IMG/VR virus record: IMGVR_UViG_3300015263_000627 | DNA: 64,000 nucleotides | Strand: one strand, 5' to 3' | From: a virus | Shown: piece by piece, positions 9,865 to 20,284 of the stretch | Numbering within the stretch: position 1 is the stretch's first letter | How the letters are laid out: every line of letters begins with the position of its first letter | Position numbers and translations under genes: made by a program | The notes under the pieces: model-generated | Told to the model about the DNA's origin: nothing | Databases searched by the model: none | Seen by the model: the letters and a program-made list of their open reading frames with translations, nothing else

Positions 9865-10550
9865 TGAAACGATTTATTAGTTTCCTAAAAGAAGATAAAT
9901 ATAAAGTATCCGACAATGATTGGCATGATGTTGATCACCAACATCCGAATCATGCCAAAGTCGTTGAAGCTTTCGGAAAACTTGCTGATGCTCAAAGAGG
10001 CGCACCTGAACAAGCAATGTTGAAAATCCAACATACATCCGGAGGGGGGGTTCTTAGTCCAGTAGTTGAACATGTTGGAGATTTAAGCCATCGAATGAGT
10101 GAAATGACCAAATATGGAGTGTATGGACGAGAATATGTCCGGGAAAAAGTAAATCGAGGACTTGGAGCTTTAAACCATCCTTATGGGTTTGAAAAAGAAC
10201 ATAATGAAAATATGGAAGCTAATGCTCGTCTTTATAATACTGAAAATTCAATTTTCGGAAATAATAGATATCGAGGACCGAATTATACAACCGAAAAACA
10301 TCATGCTTTAGTTAATACAGCATTGAAAGAATATGCCAATGAACATGCAAAACTTCCAGTTTATAATAAGGCTCAATTTCATGCTAGAGGGGCGGCTATT
10401 GCAGTAGGAAACAAGGATTGGAATACCGCAACAAGTCATTTACAAAAATTGAAAGAAATGTTGGATTCCAAGGAAGGATGGAACCATCATGCTCGTAAAT
10501 TTAGATGGGGAACGGATGGAAATCCACGCGAATATAAAGGAGATGAATAA
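9864..10550 (+). CDS. Hypothetical protein with N-terminal capsid-targeting-like peptide (putative internal head protein)
   Basis: Starts MKRFISFLKE, similar to T4 internal-protein leader MKTYQEFIAE. Confidence 0.55.
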   Translation: MKRFISFLKEDKYKVSDNDWHDVDHQHPNHAKVVEAFGKLADAQRGAPEQAMLKIQHTSGGGVLSPVVEHVGDLSHRMSEMTKYGVYGREYVREKVNRGLGALNHPYGFEKEHNENMEANARLYNTENSIFGNNRYRGPNYTTEKHHALVNTALKEYANEHAKLPVYNKAQFHARGAAIAVGNKDWNTATSHLQKLKEMLDSKEGWNHHARKFRWGTDGNPREYKGDE

Positions 10551-10987
10551 TGACTGAGAAGGAAAAACTATTCGAGATTAGCCCATTGGTTGAACCCGAT
10601 ACTGTTAAGAATATGGTTGGAACCAAGGATAATCTACCTCAAGTTCAACCGGAGAAACCAACTCCGACTCAAATAATCAATGATTTCAACGAAGCTCGTC
10701 GTAATGTTCTGGAAGTAATGAGAACATCCCGGACGGCAATCGATGAAATATCCGACATTGCTCCGCAAGTTCAACATGGCACCGATTGGTATGACTCTCT
10801 CAATGGTGCCCTGAAAGTCATGTTGGAAGCTAATCGAGACTTGATTGATATGCATGTAAAGATTCAAAAGCTTACCGAAAATATCGGCGGGGCTATTACC
10901 AAGGTTCAGAACAACCTGTTTGTTGGAAGCACAACTGAGCTTCAAAAACTTCTTATTAATATGAATAAGGAACCTAACGGAGAATAA
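10550..10987 (+). CDS. gp16: Terminase small subunit
   Basis: C-terminal NNLFVGSTTELQKLL motif; immediately upstream of gp17. Confidence 0.9.
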   Translation: MTEKEKLFEISPLVEPDTVKNMVGTKDNLPQVQPEKPTPTQIINDFNEARRNVLEVMRTSRTAIDEISDIAPQVQHGTDWYDSLNGALKVMLEANRDLIDMHVKIQKLTENIGGAITKVQNNLFVGSTTELQKLLINMNKEPNGE

Positions 10988-10988
10988 G

Positions 10989-12674
10989 ATGGTTCAAAAA
11001 ATACTAAGGGGTGATGATATATATATCGATCAACCTCTTGGTGCTTATCGGGGTAATACCCTTCTAAAACAAATAGGAGAACAAATCAACTGGACCCCCG
11101 AAATGATCGAGGAGTTTCAGCGTTGTTCAACTGACCCCGAATATTTTATCGAAAAATTTGTCAAGATTGTGCATCTTGATAAAGGCTTGGTTCCGTTCAA
11201 ATTACGAGACTATCAAAAGGATATGATCAAAACAGCCCATGAAAACCGTTTTACCATTGTAGCAACGGCTCGACAGGTTGGAAAAAGCACTACAATGGTT
11301 GCTTATATCCTATGGTATGTCCTGTTTTCTCCCGAAAAGACTGTTGCTCTTTTGGCAAACAAAGGGGAAACCGCCCGCGAAATTTTGGGACGTGTTCATA
11401 CTGCCTATCAAAACTTGCCAAAATATATTCAGCAAGGAGTGGTTGCATGGAATAAAGGATCAATTCATCTTGAAAATGGTAGCCGTATTATTGCAGCCGC
11501 AACTTCCTCTGATGCTATCCGTGGTTATTCTATCAACCTCTTATTTTTGGATGAAACAGCCTTCATTGAACAATGGGAACATTTTGAAGCTTCCGTTTTG
11601 CCGACTATTTCATCATCTGAAACATCTAAAGTTATCATGGTTAGCACTCCAAACGGTTTGAATTTCTTCTACAAATATTGGGTGGATGCTAATGAGAAAC
11701 GTAACGATTATCATCCAATATTAGTCAATTGGGATCAGGTTCCGGGACGTGACAAGAAATGGTATGATACCATCCTTCGTTCAATGAGCGGGAATGTTGA
11801 CAAATTCAATCGAGAATATGGAGTGGAATTTCAGGGTAGTTCCGGAACCCTTATCGCTGGTTGGAAGCTAAAGGAACTAGTCCATCTCTCTCCATTGAAA
11901 TTCCATGAAGGATTGTCAATGTATGTTCCACCCCAAGCTGGTCATGTTTATGTATTGGTAGCCGATACATCCCATGGAAAAGGATTGGACTATTCAGCAT
12001 TTCATTGTATTGATATTACCACAATGCCATTTCAAATTTGCACTTCCTATCGCAATAATCTTGTTCTACCATCTGATTATGCCGAAATAATAAATCGAAC
12101 AGCCAAAGCCTACAATAATGCTTATGTTTTGGCTGAAATCAACGATATGGGCGAGGTTGTTTCCCGTATTTTGTTGAATGAACTGGAATATGACAATCTA
12201 TTGTTCACCACTACCGGAGCCGGTAGAGGGGGTAAAAAACTATCAATGGGAGCCGTTGCAAAGGCTGAATATGGAATAAGAACTACCAAATCAGTTAAAG
12301 CTTTGGGTTGTTCCTTGTTGAAATTACTGGTTGAACAGAACCAATTACCAATTATCGACTTCCACTCAATTGAAGAATTGTCCCGCTTTGCCAAAAAGGG
12401 TAATTCCTACGAAGCTGAATTTGGATGCCATGACGATCTAGTTATGTGCCTAGTCCTGTTTGCTTGGCTTTCCGGACAGGATTATTTCAAAGATTTAGTC
12501 AATATTAATACCGTAGGACAAATCCGGGACAAAACCGAAGAACAAATGGAAACGGATATGACCCCATTCGGATTTGTAAACGATGGAAGCGAGCAAGTCC
12601 TAGATATAGAGACAATTCATACGAAAAACTGGCTTTTTGCTGATGATGAAGTCGAGGATTTGCCCAATTTCTAA
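10989..12674 (+). CDS. gp17: Terminase large subunit
   Basis: ARQVGKST Walker A, LFLDETAF Walker B, STPNG, HDDLVM nuclease motif. Confidence 0.98.
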   Translation: MVQKILRGDDIYIDQPLGAYRGNTLLKQIGEQINWTPEMIEEFQRCSTDPEYFIEKFVKIVHLDKGLVPFKLRDYQKDMIKTAHENRFTIVATARQVGKSTTMVAYILWYVLFSPEKTVALLANKGETAREILGRVHTAYQNLPKYIQQGVVAWNKGSIHLENGSRIIAAATSSDAIRGYSINLLFLDETAFIEQWEHFEASVLPTISSSETSKVIMVSTPNGLNFFYKYWVDANEKRNDYHPILVNWDQVPGRDKKWYDTILRSMSGNVDKFNREYGVEFQGSSGTLIAGWKLKELVHLSPLKFHEGLSMYVPPQAGHVYVLVADTSHGKGLDYSAFHCIDITTMPFQICTSYRNNLVLPSDYAEIINRTAKAYNNAYVLAEINDMGEVVSRILLNELEYDNLLFTTTGAGRGGKKLSMGAVAKAEYGIRTTKSVKALGCSLLKLLVEQNQLPIIDFHSIEELSRFAKKGNSYEAEFGCHDDLVMCLVLFAWLSGQDYFKDLVNINTVGQIRDKTEEQMETDMTPFGFVNDGSEQVLDIETIHTKNWLFADDEVEDLPNF

Positions 12675-12775
12675 GTATAAAGTAGAAAAATCAAGCATTT
12701 TTTTCATTCTTATAAAGACGAACATTTACTAAATAATCGTGCAAGATTTTATTTATCAGGCATGGAGAAGAACAA

Positions 12776-15088
12776 ATGGCACAGAGCTTTATGGTTAGCC
12801 CGGGAATCAATGTTACTGAATACGATTTGACAAACATTATCCCGTCAGTCGCAACCACCGATGGTGCAATTTCTGGAGTTTTCAGATGGGGACCAATTGG
12901 TGAGCGAGTTATCATTGCTGATGAAGGAGATTTGGGAAGAAGGTTTGGAACTCCAAGCAACCTAAATCCTGAAACATGGTTTACTTCGGCTGACTTTCTG
13001 TCGTATGGTCACCGTTTACATGTTGTTCGAGCAGCACAAGTCAACGGAACAATTCTACAAGTATCGGATGCAGCAGCAGGTATCACTAATGCAAGCGCGA
13101 ACGTTACTCTAGCTAATACTACTGGAATTGAAGTAGGAATGCTTCTATTCTATTCCAATACTTCGTCATTGGTTGATGATCCGGGTGTTGAAGCTAAAGT
13201 TTTGGCCATAAATTCTACTGCAATTGTTTTGGATACTCCTGCCCGAAGCACCGCAACTGGTGCTAACCTAATTTTCCGTACGGATAGTGTTTTTGCGGCT
13301 GTTGCTCAAGAAACCTATGATCCTAATATTTCTTGGGGCGATCAGCTTGTTACCAGTTCTGATAATTATCCAAGCCATGATGGAAATTTTGATCCGTCTG
13401 TTCGTTGGATTGCCCGTTATGGTGGATATAACGGAAACTCGCTTCGTGTTTCTCAATGTGATTCTCCAACCCAATTTAGTTCAACGCTTGATCTTGGAAC
13501 AAGCAATGATGATATCAACGCAACCGCAACTTATATTACTGCAAACGTTGGATCATCCAATCTAGCTGTTACTGTTACCGCAGCAGATATGGCAAACGGA
13601 GTAGCAGCTATTGCTTATGCAAACGCTGTTCACAATGCATTGGCTATAAATGATCTTGTTCAAGTTGGTAATTCTACAATTGGTTACCAAATCATGAAAG
13701 TTGTTTCGGTTAGCAGCCAAGATAATACCGATAACGTTATTACTTTTAGTGTTACAACCGAAGATGCCTATGGTCTTGCAGCTAATGTTCAAATGCTTTC
13801 AACTGAACGTTATTGGGAGTTCTATAATTTGGTTGAACAACCTCCGACTCAATCCAACTTTGTATTGAATCAAGGAAATACATCAGCTTATGATGAACTC
13901 CATGTTGTTGTTATTGATGAAAAAGGTGCATTTACCAATATTCCGGGGGCTGTTCTTGAAGTCTATAAGAACCTATCCCGCGCAAGTGATGCCGTAAAGG
14001 AAGATGGTACAACCATTTACTATAAGAATGTTATCAATAATCAGTCACCATATATTTGGTTTGGTAGTGACCGTTCCCTTGCTGTTTCCAATACGGCACA
14101 GTTTGTTGAAAGTTCGACAGCTACCAGCCCGATTAGTATGCAATTATTCGGCGGATCAGATGGTGAAGATGAAGCAACTGTTCCTCTAACCTCAATCATC
14201 AATGGATATAACCTATTTGTTGATACTGAAAACGTCGATATTTCGTTGATCATGCAAGGTAAGGCTCGCGGTATTCCGGTTTCGTCCAATACCGACTTAG
14301 GAAATTACCTAATCAATAACATCGCTGAAAAGCGTAAGGATTGTGTGGTCTTCGTATCTCCTGATTATGGATTGGTTGTAAATAACAAGGGCAATGAAGT
14401 AACCGATATGGTTGCGGCTCGCAATAATATGCCATCATCATCTTATGGTGTTATGGACTCTGGATATAAGTATCGTTATGACCGCTATAATGACCTATAT
14501 CGTTGGACTCCATTGAATGGTGATATTGCAGGTCTATGTGCAAGAACCGATCAAACCAATGCTCCTTGGTGGTCCCCGGCTGGTCTAAATCGTGGTCAAA
14601 TCAAGAACGTTGTTCGTCTTGCTTTGAACCCAAATCAAACGGATCGTGATATTCTTTACAAGAATAGCATCAATCCAGTTGTGACCTTCCCGGGTCAGGG
14701 TACGTTGCTATATGGTGATAAGACCTTGCTAACTAAGCCTTCTGCGTTTGACCGTATCAATGTTCGTCGTCTATTCATCGTTCTTGAAAAGGCTATTTCG
14801 ACAGCAGCTAAGTATATGTTGTTCGAATTTAACGATGCATTTACTCGTTCACAGTTCAAGTCTATGGTTAATCCATACTTGGCAAATATCAAAGGACGCC
14901 GTGGTATCTATGACTCCTTGGTTGTTTGTGATACAACAAATAACACCCCGGAAATCATTGATGCAAATCAATTCGTTGGTGATATTTACGTCAAACCAGC
15001 ACGTTCAATCAACTTTATCCAGTTGAATTTCGTTGCAGTACCGACAGGTGTTGCATTCCAAGAAATTCAGGGTAAATTTGGGGGGTAA
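12776..15088 (+). CDS. gp18: Tail sheath protein
   Basis: SPGINVTEYDLT N-terminus; WWSPAGLNRG; FDRINVRRLF; KPARSINFIQLNFVA. Confidence 0.98.
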   Translation: MAQSFMVSPGINVTEYDLTNIIPSVATTDGAISGVFRWGPIGERVIIADEGDLGRRFGTPSNLNPETWFTSADFLSYGHRLHVVRAAQVNGTILQVSDAAAGITNASANVTLANTTGIEVGMLLFYSNTSSLVDDPGVEAKVLAINSTAIVLDTPARSTATGANLIFRTDSVFAAVAQETYDPNISWGDQLVTSSDNYPSHDGNFDPSVRWIARYGGYNGNSLRVSQCDSPTQFSSTLDLGTSNDDINATATYITANVGSSNLAVTVTAADMANGVAAIAYANAVHNALAINDLVQVGNSTIGYQIMKVVSVSSQDNTDNVITFSVTTEDAYGLAANVQMLSTERYWEFYNLVEQPPTQSNFVLNQGNTSAYDELHVVVIDEKGAFTNIPGAVLEVYKNLSRASDAVKEDGTTIYYKNVINNQSPYIWFGSDRSLAVSNTAQFVESSTATSPISMQLFGGSDGEDEATVPLTSIINGYNLFVDTENVDISLIMQGKARGIPVSSNTDLGNYLINNIAEKRKDCVVFVSPDYGLVVNNKGNEVTDMVAARNNMPSSSYGVMDSGYKYRYDRYNDLYRWTPLNGDIAGLCARTDQTNAPWWSPAGLNRGQIKNVVRLALNPNQTDRDILYKNSINPVVTFPGQGTLLYGDKTLLTKPSAFDRINVRRLFIVLEKAISTAAKYMLFEFNDAFTRSQFKSMVNPYLANIKGRRGIYDSLVVCDTTNNTPEIIDANQFVGDIYVKPARSINFIQLNFVAVPTGVAFQEIQGKFGG

Positions 15089-15139
15089 AAACACCTAAAA
15101 ACCCATGGATAAATATAAGGTAGTAATAGGAGAGAAAAA

Positions 15140-15787
15140 ATGATCTTTGATATCGAGACTTTTAAGGCGGCTGGTTTAAAGCAAGGTGGGGCACGACCAT
15201 CATTGTTCCAAGTTCAAATGAACAATGTTCCGGGAACTAATGGTGTTATCGAGAACCAACAGCAAATTAGCTTCCTTGCTCAAGCAGCTACCCTACCGGA
15301 ATCACAAGTTGATCCAATTGAAGTTCCTTATTTCGGTAGAAGAATAAAAGTTGCAGGTGAAAGAGTATTCCGTGATTGGACTATTTCTGTTCTTAATGAT
15401 GAAGACTTTATTGTTCGTGATCTATTCGAACGTTGGTCAAATCTTATCAATACTATGGAAACCAACGTAACTTTGGCATCATCGGCTGGTTTAGCCGTCA
15501 ATCCATTGCTAGGTTATAAGTGTGATGGTGTTCGAGTCAACCAATACAGTAAAGGCGGTCCAGCCGCAACTGATACTGGTTCCGAAGATGCTATCATTCG
15601 AAGCTATCAATTCTTTGGAATGTTTCCAGCCAGAGTTGATGACATTCGATTGGATTGGAGCCAAGGACAAGCGATTGAAACATACAATGTAGTCCTTTCA
15701 TATGATTATTGGTTGCCAGTAAATATTGGACAAAGCACCCCGGGTTTCACCGGACTAGAACCGGGAAGCGGTCCTCAATTCGGCTAA
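15140..15787 (+). CDS. gp19: Tail tube protein
   Basis: GGARPSLFQV, VPYFGRRIKVAGERVFRDWTISVLNDEDF. Confidence 0.97.
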   Translation: MIFDIETFKAAGLKQGGARPSLFQVQMNNVPGTNGVIENQQQISFLAQAATLPESQVDPIEVPYFGRRIKVAGERVFRDWTISVLNDEDFIVRDLFERWSNLINTMETNVTLASSAGLAVNPLLGYKCDGVRVNQYSKGGPAATDTGSEDAIIRSYQFFGMFPARVDDIRLDWSQGQAIETYNVVLSYDYWLPVNIGQSTPGFTGLEPGSGPQFG

Positions 15788-15890
15788 ACATTTTATTCCT
15801 TTATCATGAGGATTATTATGTTTTTTATAACCAAGTCATGTTATCCCTATACTTGGGAAAATGAAGGGTCGTGAATAAAAGGATAGCATA

Positions 15891-17531
15891 ATGGTTAGTT
15901 TATTTGGTTGGTCATTCGTTCGAAGCAATCCAGAACCGGAACCGGCATCATTCTCTCCTAAAGAACATGATGATGGAGCAGTTCAGGTTGTTGCAATGGG
16001 CGGGGCTTTTGGCACCGTTCTTGACCTTGATGGAACTGTTCGATCCGAAGCAGAATTAATTACCCGATATCGCGATATGTCCCTTCATCCGGAGGTAGAT
16101 TCGGCTATTGATGAAATAGTCAATGAAGCTATCTCTACGGAAGAAGATGATATGATTCGATTGAAGCTAGATAAGCTGGATAAACAACTTCCTCCAAAAG
16201 TTATGGAAGCTATTCAAGAATGTTTCACTGATGTTCTAAATCTGCTTGATTTCGAAAATAGAGCCTATGATATATTCCGTCGCTGGTATATCGATGGACG
16301 ATTGTATTTTCACGTTATCCTACCCGAAGATAAAAATTTCCTTTCTCTAGGAGTAAAAGAGGTTCGTTATATCGATCCTCGTAAGATTCGAAAAGTTCGA
16401 GAAGTCATAAAGAAAAGAGTTAGAGGGGGCGACGTAACATCAGGTGATAGCGTCATCACCCAAACCCAAAATGAATACTTCATCTATAATGATAAAGGAT
16501 TCAATGTTGGGAATAAGGTAATTTCTGGATCACCCACAACTGGTCTAAAAATTGCTAAGGATGCTATCATCTATGTTACCTCTGGAGCTACCGATTCGGC
16601 AGGTAGCATGGTCCTTTCCTTCCTGCATAAAGCAATCAAGGCTCTCAATCAACTTAGGACTCTTGAAGATGCGGTTGTCATTTATCGTCTAGTTCGTTCG
16701 CCTGAACGCCGATTGTGGTATATTGACGTTGGAAATATGCCTAAGATGAAAGCTGAACAATATGTTCGCGATTTGATGCAACGCCACAAGAATAAGATCA
16801 ATTATGATGCATCTACCGGTCAAATGCGGGATGATCGCAAATTCATGACCATGTTGGAAGACTATTGGCTACCGCGACGTGAAGGCGGAAGGGGAACCGA
16901 AGTCACTACCCTACCAGCCGGTCAAAGTCTTGGAGAAATGGACGATGTTCTATATTTCCAGAAAAAACTATACACATCCTTGCATGTTCCGGTCAATCGT
17001 CTTGATCCCCAAGACCAATATAACCCGGGAATTGCAACCGAAGTTACCCGCGACGAATTGAAATTCGGCAAGTTTATTATGCGTATGCGCCGCCGATTCT
17101 CTCAACTATTCATTCGAATGCTTGAAAAACAAGTTGTTTTGAAAGGAATTATGACGGTTGAGGATTTCCAAAAAATTGTTCCTTATTTGCAGTTTGAATT
17201 TGCTCGCGATAACTATTTCACAGAACAGAAAAACCAATTCCTAATGACAGGTCGCTTGAATATCATGGCTCTAATTATGCCGTTTGTTGGTAGGTATTAC
17301 AGCAATACTTGGGTTCGAAAGAATATTCTGCGTCAAGATGATGCAGATATCATGGAAAACGATGAACAAATTATTACTGAATTGGCGAACCCAATATTCA
17401 ATCCAACCCCAATGGCACCCCCGGAGGAAGAAGAAGAAGGGTCAGCAGGCGTTCTTGTTGATCCATCCCAAGCACCCCCAAATGCTCAAGATAATCCGGC
17501 TAATGCCAATGGCTCAAAAAAAAAGACCTAG
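15891..17531 (+). CDS. gp20: Portal protein
   Basis: WYIDGRLYFH, LEDAVVIYRLVRSPERR, MLEDYWLPRREGGRGTEVTTLP. Confidence 0.98.
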   Translation: MVSLFGWSFVRSNPEPEPASFSPKEHDDGAVQVVAMGGAFGTVLDLDGTVRSEAELITRYRDMSLHPEVDSAIDEIVNEAISTEEDDMIRLKLDKLDKQLPPKVMEAIQECFTDVLNLLDFENRAYDIFRRWYIDGRLYFHVILPEDKNFLSLGVKEVRYIDPRKIRKVREVIKKRVRGGDVTSGDSVITQTQNEYFIYNDKGFNVGNKVISGSPTTGLKIAKDAIIYVTSGATDSAGSMVLSFLHKAIKALNQLRTLEDAVVIYRLVRSPERRLWYIDVGNMPKMKAEQYVRDLMQRHKNKINYDASTGQMRDDRKFMTMLEDYWLPRREGGRGTEVTTLPAGQSLGEMDDVLYFQKKLYTSLHVPVNRLDPQDQYNPGIATEVTRDELKFGKFIMRMRRRFSQLFIRMLEKQVVLKGIMTVEDFQKIVPYLQFEFARDNYFTEQKNQFLMTGRLNIMALIMPFVGRYYSNTWVRKNILRQDDADIMENDEQIITELANPIFNPTPMAPPEEEEEGSAGVLVDPSQAPPNAQDNPANANGSKKKT

Positions 17532-17667
17532 TAACGGCTAGAAAGAAATATGACCGCATGAAACAAGAAGGAAGAAAGGGACCAAAAGACGTTCACGATT
17601 TTCGAAGTTTAGCGCAAATATTAGCGAAAAACACTTGATAACCTAAATAATATAAAGGAGAAAGTCT

Positions 17668-17955
17668 ATGCCTCTATCCAGTGCTGATTTGTTACAAAAT
17701 GTATTAGAAAAGAAACCCTCTGAATTTGCGGGGAATTTTTCCTCAATGGTTCAAGATCGTGTCCGGGATTTGATTGCCGGAAAACGAGTGGAAGTAGCCC
17801 AAAATCTGTTCGGAACCCCTCCGATAGAGATGGCATCTACTGTTGATACAACTGATACGGGTGAGGCGGAAACAGGCGAAGGGGAAGCTCCCGAAGCTGG
17901 AACCGAAGATCAACCCGAAACTGAGGAAATACCCGATGATCAAGAAACTGCGTGA
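17668..17955 (+). CDS. gp67: Prohead core protein (gp67-like)
   Basis: Small protein with acidic C-terminus directly after the portal; CCTAAATA late promoter upstream. Confidence 0.65.
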   Translation: MPLSSADLLQNVLEKKPSEFAGNFSSMVQDRVRDLIAGKRVEVAQNLFGTPPIEMASTVDTTDTGEAETGEGEAPEAGTEDQPETEEIPDDQETA

Positions 17956-19111
17956 TATTGTCGAAAAATATCCAGACAATTACGAACAAAAAACTGAAGT
18001 TGCACGATCCTTTGTAGCAATGCATAAGGGCGGCAAGATCGATAAGCTTGGATCAAAAGGTGCAACCGAAAACCAATTCAATGCTGATAACGTAAAAGTA
18101 GCCGATCATCCACGTCAGAGTGACGATGCAGGATTTCCGGGGGAAGGAGAATACAATGATTATAATCTTCGTACCTATTATGATAAGTCTGATGCTGGAG
18201 GAAGCGATGAATATGATGATGATGATTTTGAATATGACGACAACGATGTGGACAATGACGAAACCCGTTCGCGTATAGCTAATGATGAAGAATATATTGA
18301 AGAAGATAAGGATGAAGATGAAGACAAAGAAAAAGAATATGTAAAACTTCCACCAAAAAAGCGTCATAAATATGATCCCGAGTTGGAACGAAATAGAAAA
18401 AGAGCTTCAAAAATTGATAATGAAGAATATGAAATTCAGCGCATGACTTTTCCTCAACTGATGGAAAAGTGGATCATCGATGAAGCCATGATCGAATTTG
18501 CTCCAATTGAGGAAGCAAAGAAACATAAGAAACGAGATGAATACGAAAAGGCTCTTGATGCCAAGTATGCCAAGATTGCTACTCCCGGCAAGCGTGGTCC
18601 AACCGATCCGGAATTTTTGAATATTCTCAAAACATTTGCCATGAGGCGTTATGACTTGATGAATAAACTCAACAAGGAAGAAACTGAACAGCTTGATGAA
18701 ATTTCGGCTAGAAAACTTCGAGCTTATGCAAAGGGAGCAAGACGAGATATTGAGTTAACCGCTGAACCTCTTTATACGGATAAAGATGCTGGTCCCGGAA
18801 CAGAAAAAGAAAATAGAATTTTCAACCGTATGGAAAAACGTGAAAAAGGTATTGATTTAGCTAATAAAAAATTGAGAACCAAACGTAATGAAGAAATTGA
18901 ACAACTTGATGAAATGATGACTCGCAAACATTTCCGATCAGTTGCCAACACTGTTCGAGCAATTGAGGACCCCAAGAAACGATGGGAATATGCCAGCCAT
19001 CATGCTGAAATTTTTGCAAAGGATAATCCACGATTTGACCGTCAAAAATTTTTCGATGCGGCAGGAACACGTAATCCATTAGATATTTCAACTTCTAAAA
19101 AGGGAAAATAA
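17936..19111 (+). CDS. Prohead core / internal head polyprotein-like protein (gp68 position)
   Basis: Likely ATG 17936; highly charged; EETEQLDE and EEIEQLDE repeats; C-terminal TRKHF...DNPRFDRQKF module. Confidence 0.65.
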   Translation: MIKKLRDIVEKYPDNYEQKTEVARSFVAMHKGGKIDKLGSKGATENQFNADNVKVADHPRQSDDAGFPGEGEYNDYNLRTYYDKSDAGGSDEYDDDDFEYDDNDVDNDETRSRIANDEEYIEEDKDEDEDKEKEYVKLPPKKRHKYDPELERNRKRASKIDNEEYEIQRMTFPQLMEKWIIDEAMIEFAPIEEAKKHKKRDEYEKALDAKYAKIATPGKRGPTDPEFLNILKTFAMRRYDLMNKLNKEETEQLDEISARKLRAYAKGARRDIELTAEPLYTDKDAGPGTEKENRIFNRMEKREKGIDLANKKLRTKRNEEIEQLDEMMTRKHFRSVANTVRAIEDPKKRWEYASHHAEIFAKDNPRFDRQKFFDAAGTRNPLDISTSKKGK

Positions 19112-19112
19112 T

Positions 19113-19766
19113 ATGGTAACCCCTCCCGGCGTTCCCGATGAAACTGTAAAGGATATGAAGCCATCGTTCAAGTCCCGTTATGGAAAACGATGGAAGGAAG
19201 TTCTTTATGCTACCCTATGGAAGCACAAGGGAAGCTATGCGGAAGAAACACAATTAGACGAAACCCGGGGTTGGCTTGAAAAATGCCCATGTGGATCAGG
19301 TGAACCAGCCGATTTGCGCTATGATGCGCGAGGTATTCCGCTTGGTTACATGTGTTCCAAATGTGAAAAAAAGAAACTATCCGGATATCGTCCTGATGTA
19401 TTGACCGATCCGAATTATTGGCATGATGAACCAATCGACAATGAAGAAACCGGATTACATAGACAAGATATGATCTTCGATGAAATACGCGAACATATTG
19501 TGAAACATGGTAGCGGTTATCGCCTATTATCCCACAAGGGCAAGAACCTTGGAACATTCAAGACCCGGGCAGCAGCAGCGAAACACGAAGGCGAAGTTGA
19601 ATATTTCAAACATCATGAAGAAACACAATTAGATGAAGCAAAGAAAAAACCAGTATCTTGGAATCCTCCGGAAGTTCAAGCCAAAGCTGCCAAATTCAAA
19701 AAAGAACAGCGTATGTTCGACAAGGCTAAAAGAGAAATCAATCGTTTGAAAAGACAGGGAAAGTAA
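19113..19766 (+). CDS. Modular internal head protein candidate
   Basis: Two EETQLDE repeats separate short modules, including a CPCGSG...CSKC zinc motif. Confidence 0.6.
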   Translation: MVTPPGVPDETVKDMKPSFKSRYGKRWKEVLYATLWKHKGSYAEETQLDETRGWLEKCPCGSGEPADLRYDARGIPLGYMCSKCEKKKLSGYRPDVLTDPNYWHDEPIDNEETGLHRQDMIFDEIREHIVKHGSGYRLLSHKGKNLGTFKTRAAAAKHEGEVEYFKHHEETQLDEAKKKPVSWNPPEVQAKAAKFKKEQRMFDKAKREINRLKRQGK

Positions 19767-20021
19767 ATGTCGCTTCGTATAATAAAACCAAAGTCAACTG
19801 AAATTACAGCATCGTCTGCTAATACCATCAATTCGGCTACATTGGTCCGGGTATTCAATAACAATGCGGCGGTGCATTTGGTTACTCTGGCATATGCCAA
19901 TACTACAACCTATGCTACTCTAACGGTAGCTGGTTATGGAGAAGTCTTTATTGCCAAAGACCCAACCGACACAATTCAAGGAACCAACATTCAAGCAACT
20001 AAGATAGCGTTTACGAGTTAA
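19767..20021 (+). CDS. Small beta-rich virion protein candidate, paralog 1
   Basis: IIKPKSTEI...VRVFNN...KDPTDTI; paralogous to the next gene. Confidence 0.6.
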   Translation: MSLRIIKPKSTEITASSANTINSATLVRVFNNNAAVHLVTLAYANTTTYATLTVAGYGEVFIAKDPTDTIQGTNIQATKIAFTS

Positions 20022-20023
20022 AC

Positions 20024-20275
20024 ATGGGAAATGGTATTATAAAACCAAAATCTATCGAAATAAGTATAGGTTCCGCCAATACGGTTGGAAACAACGTTCT
20101 AATTCGTTGCTTCAATAATACAGCAGCGGCGGCAGTTTTATTATTAGCAAACAGTAGCGGAACGATAAGTAATACTACAATAGCATCATTTGGCGATGTT
20201 ATTATTCGAAAGAAACCAACCGATACTTTAACCGGTACAGGATTTGTAGCAACAGCAATTGCTTTTGCTGATTAA
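20024..20275 (+). CDS. Small beta-rich virion protein candidate, paralog 2
   Basis: IIKPKSIEI...IRCFNN...KKPTDTL. Confidence 0.6.
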   Translation: MGNGIIKPKSIEISIGSANTVGNNVLIRCFNNTAAAAVLLLANSSGTISNTTIASFGDVIIRKKPTDTLTGTGFVATAIAFAD

Positions 20276-20284
20276 GAGGGAAAC

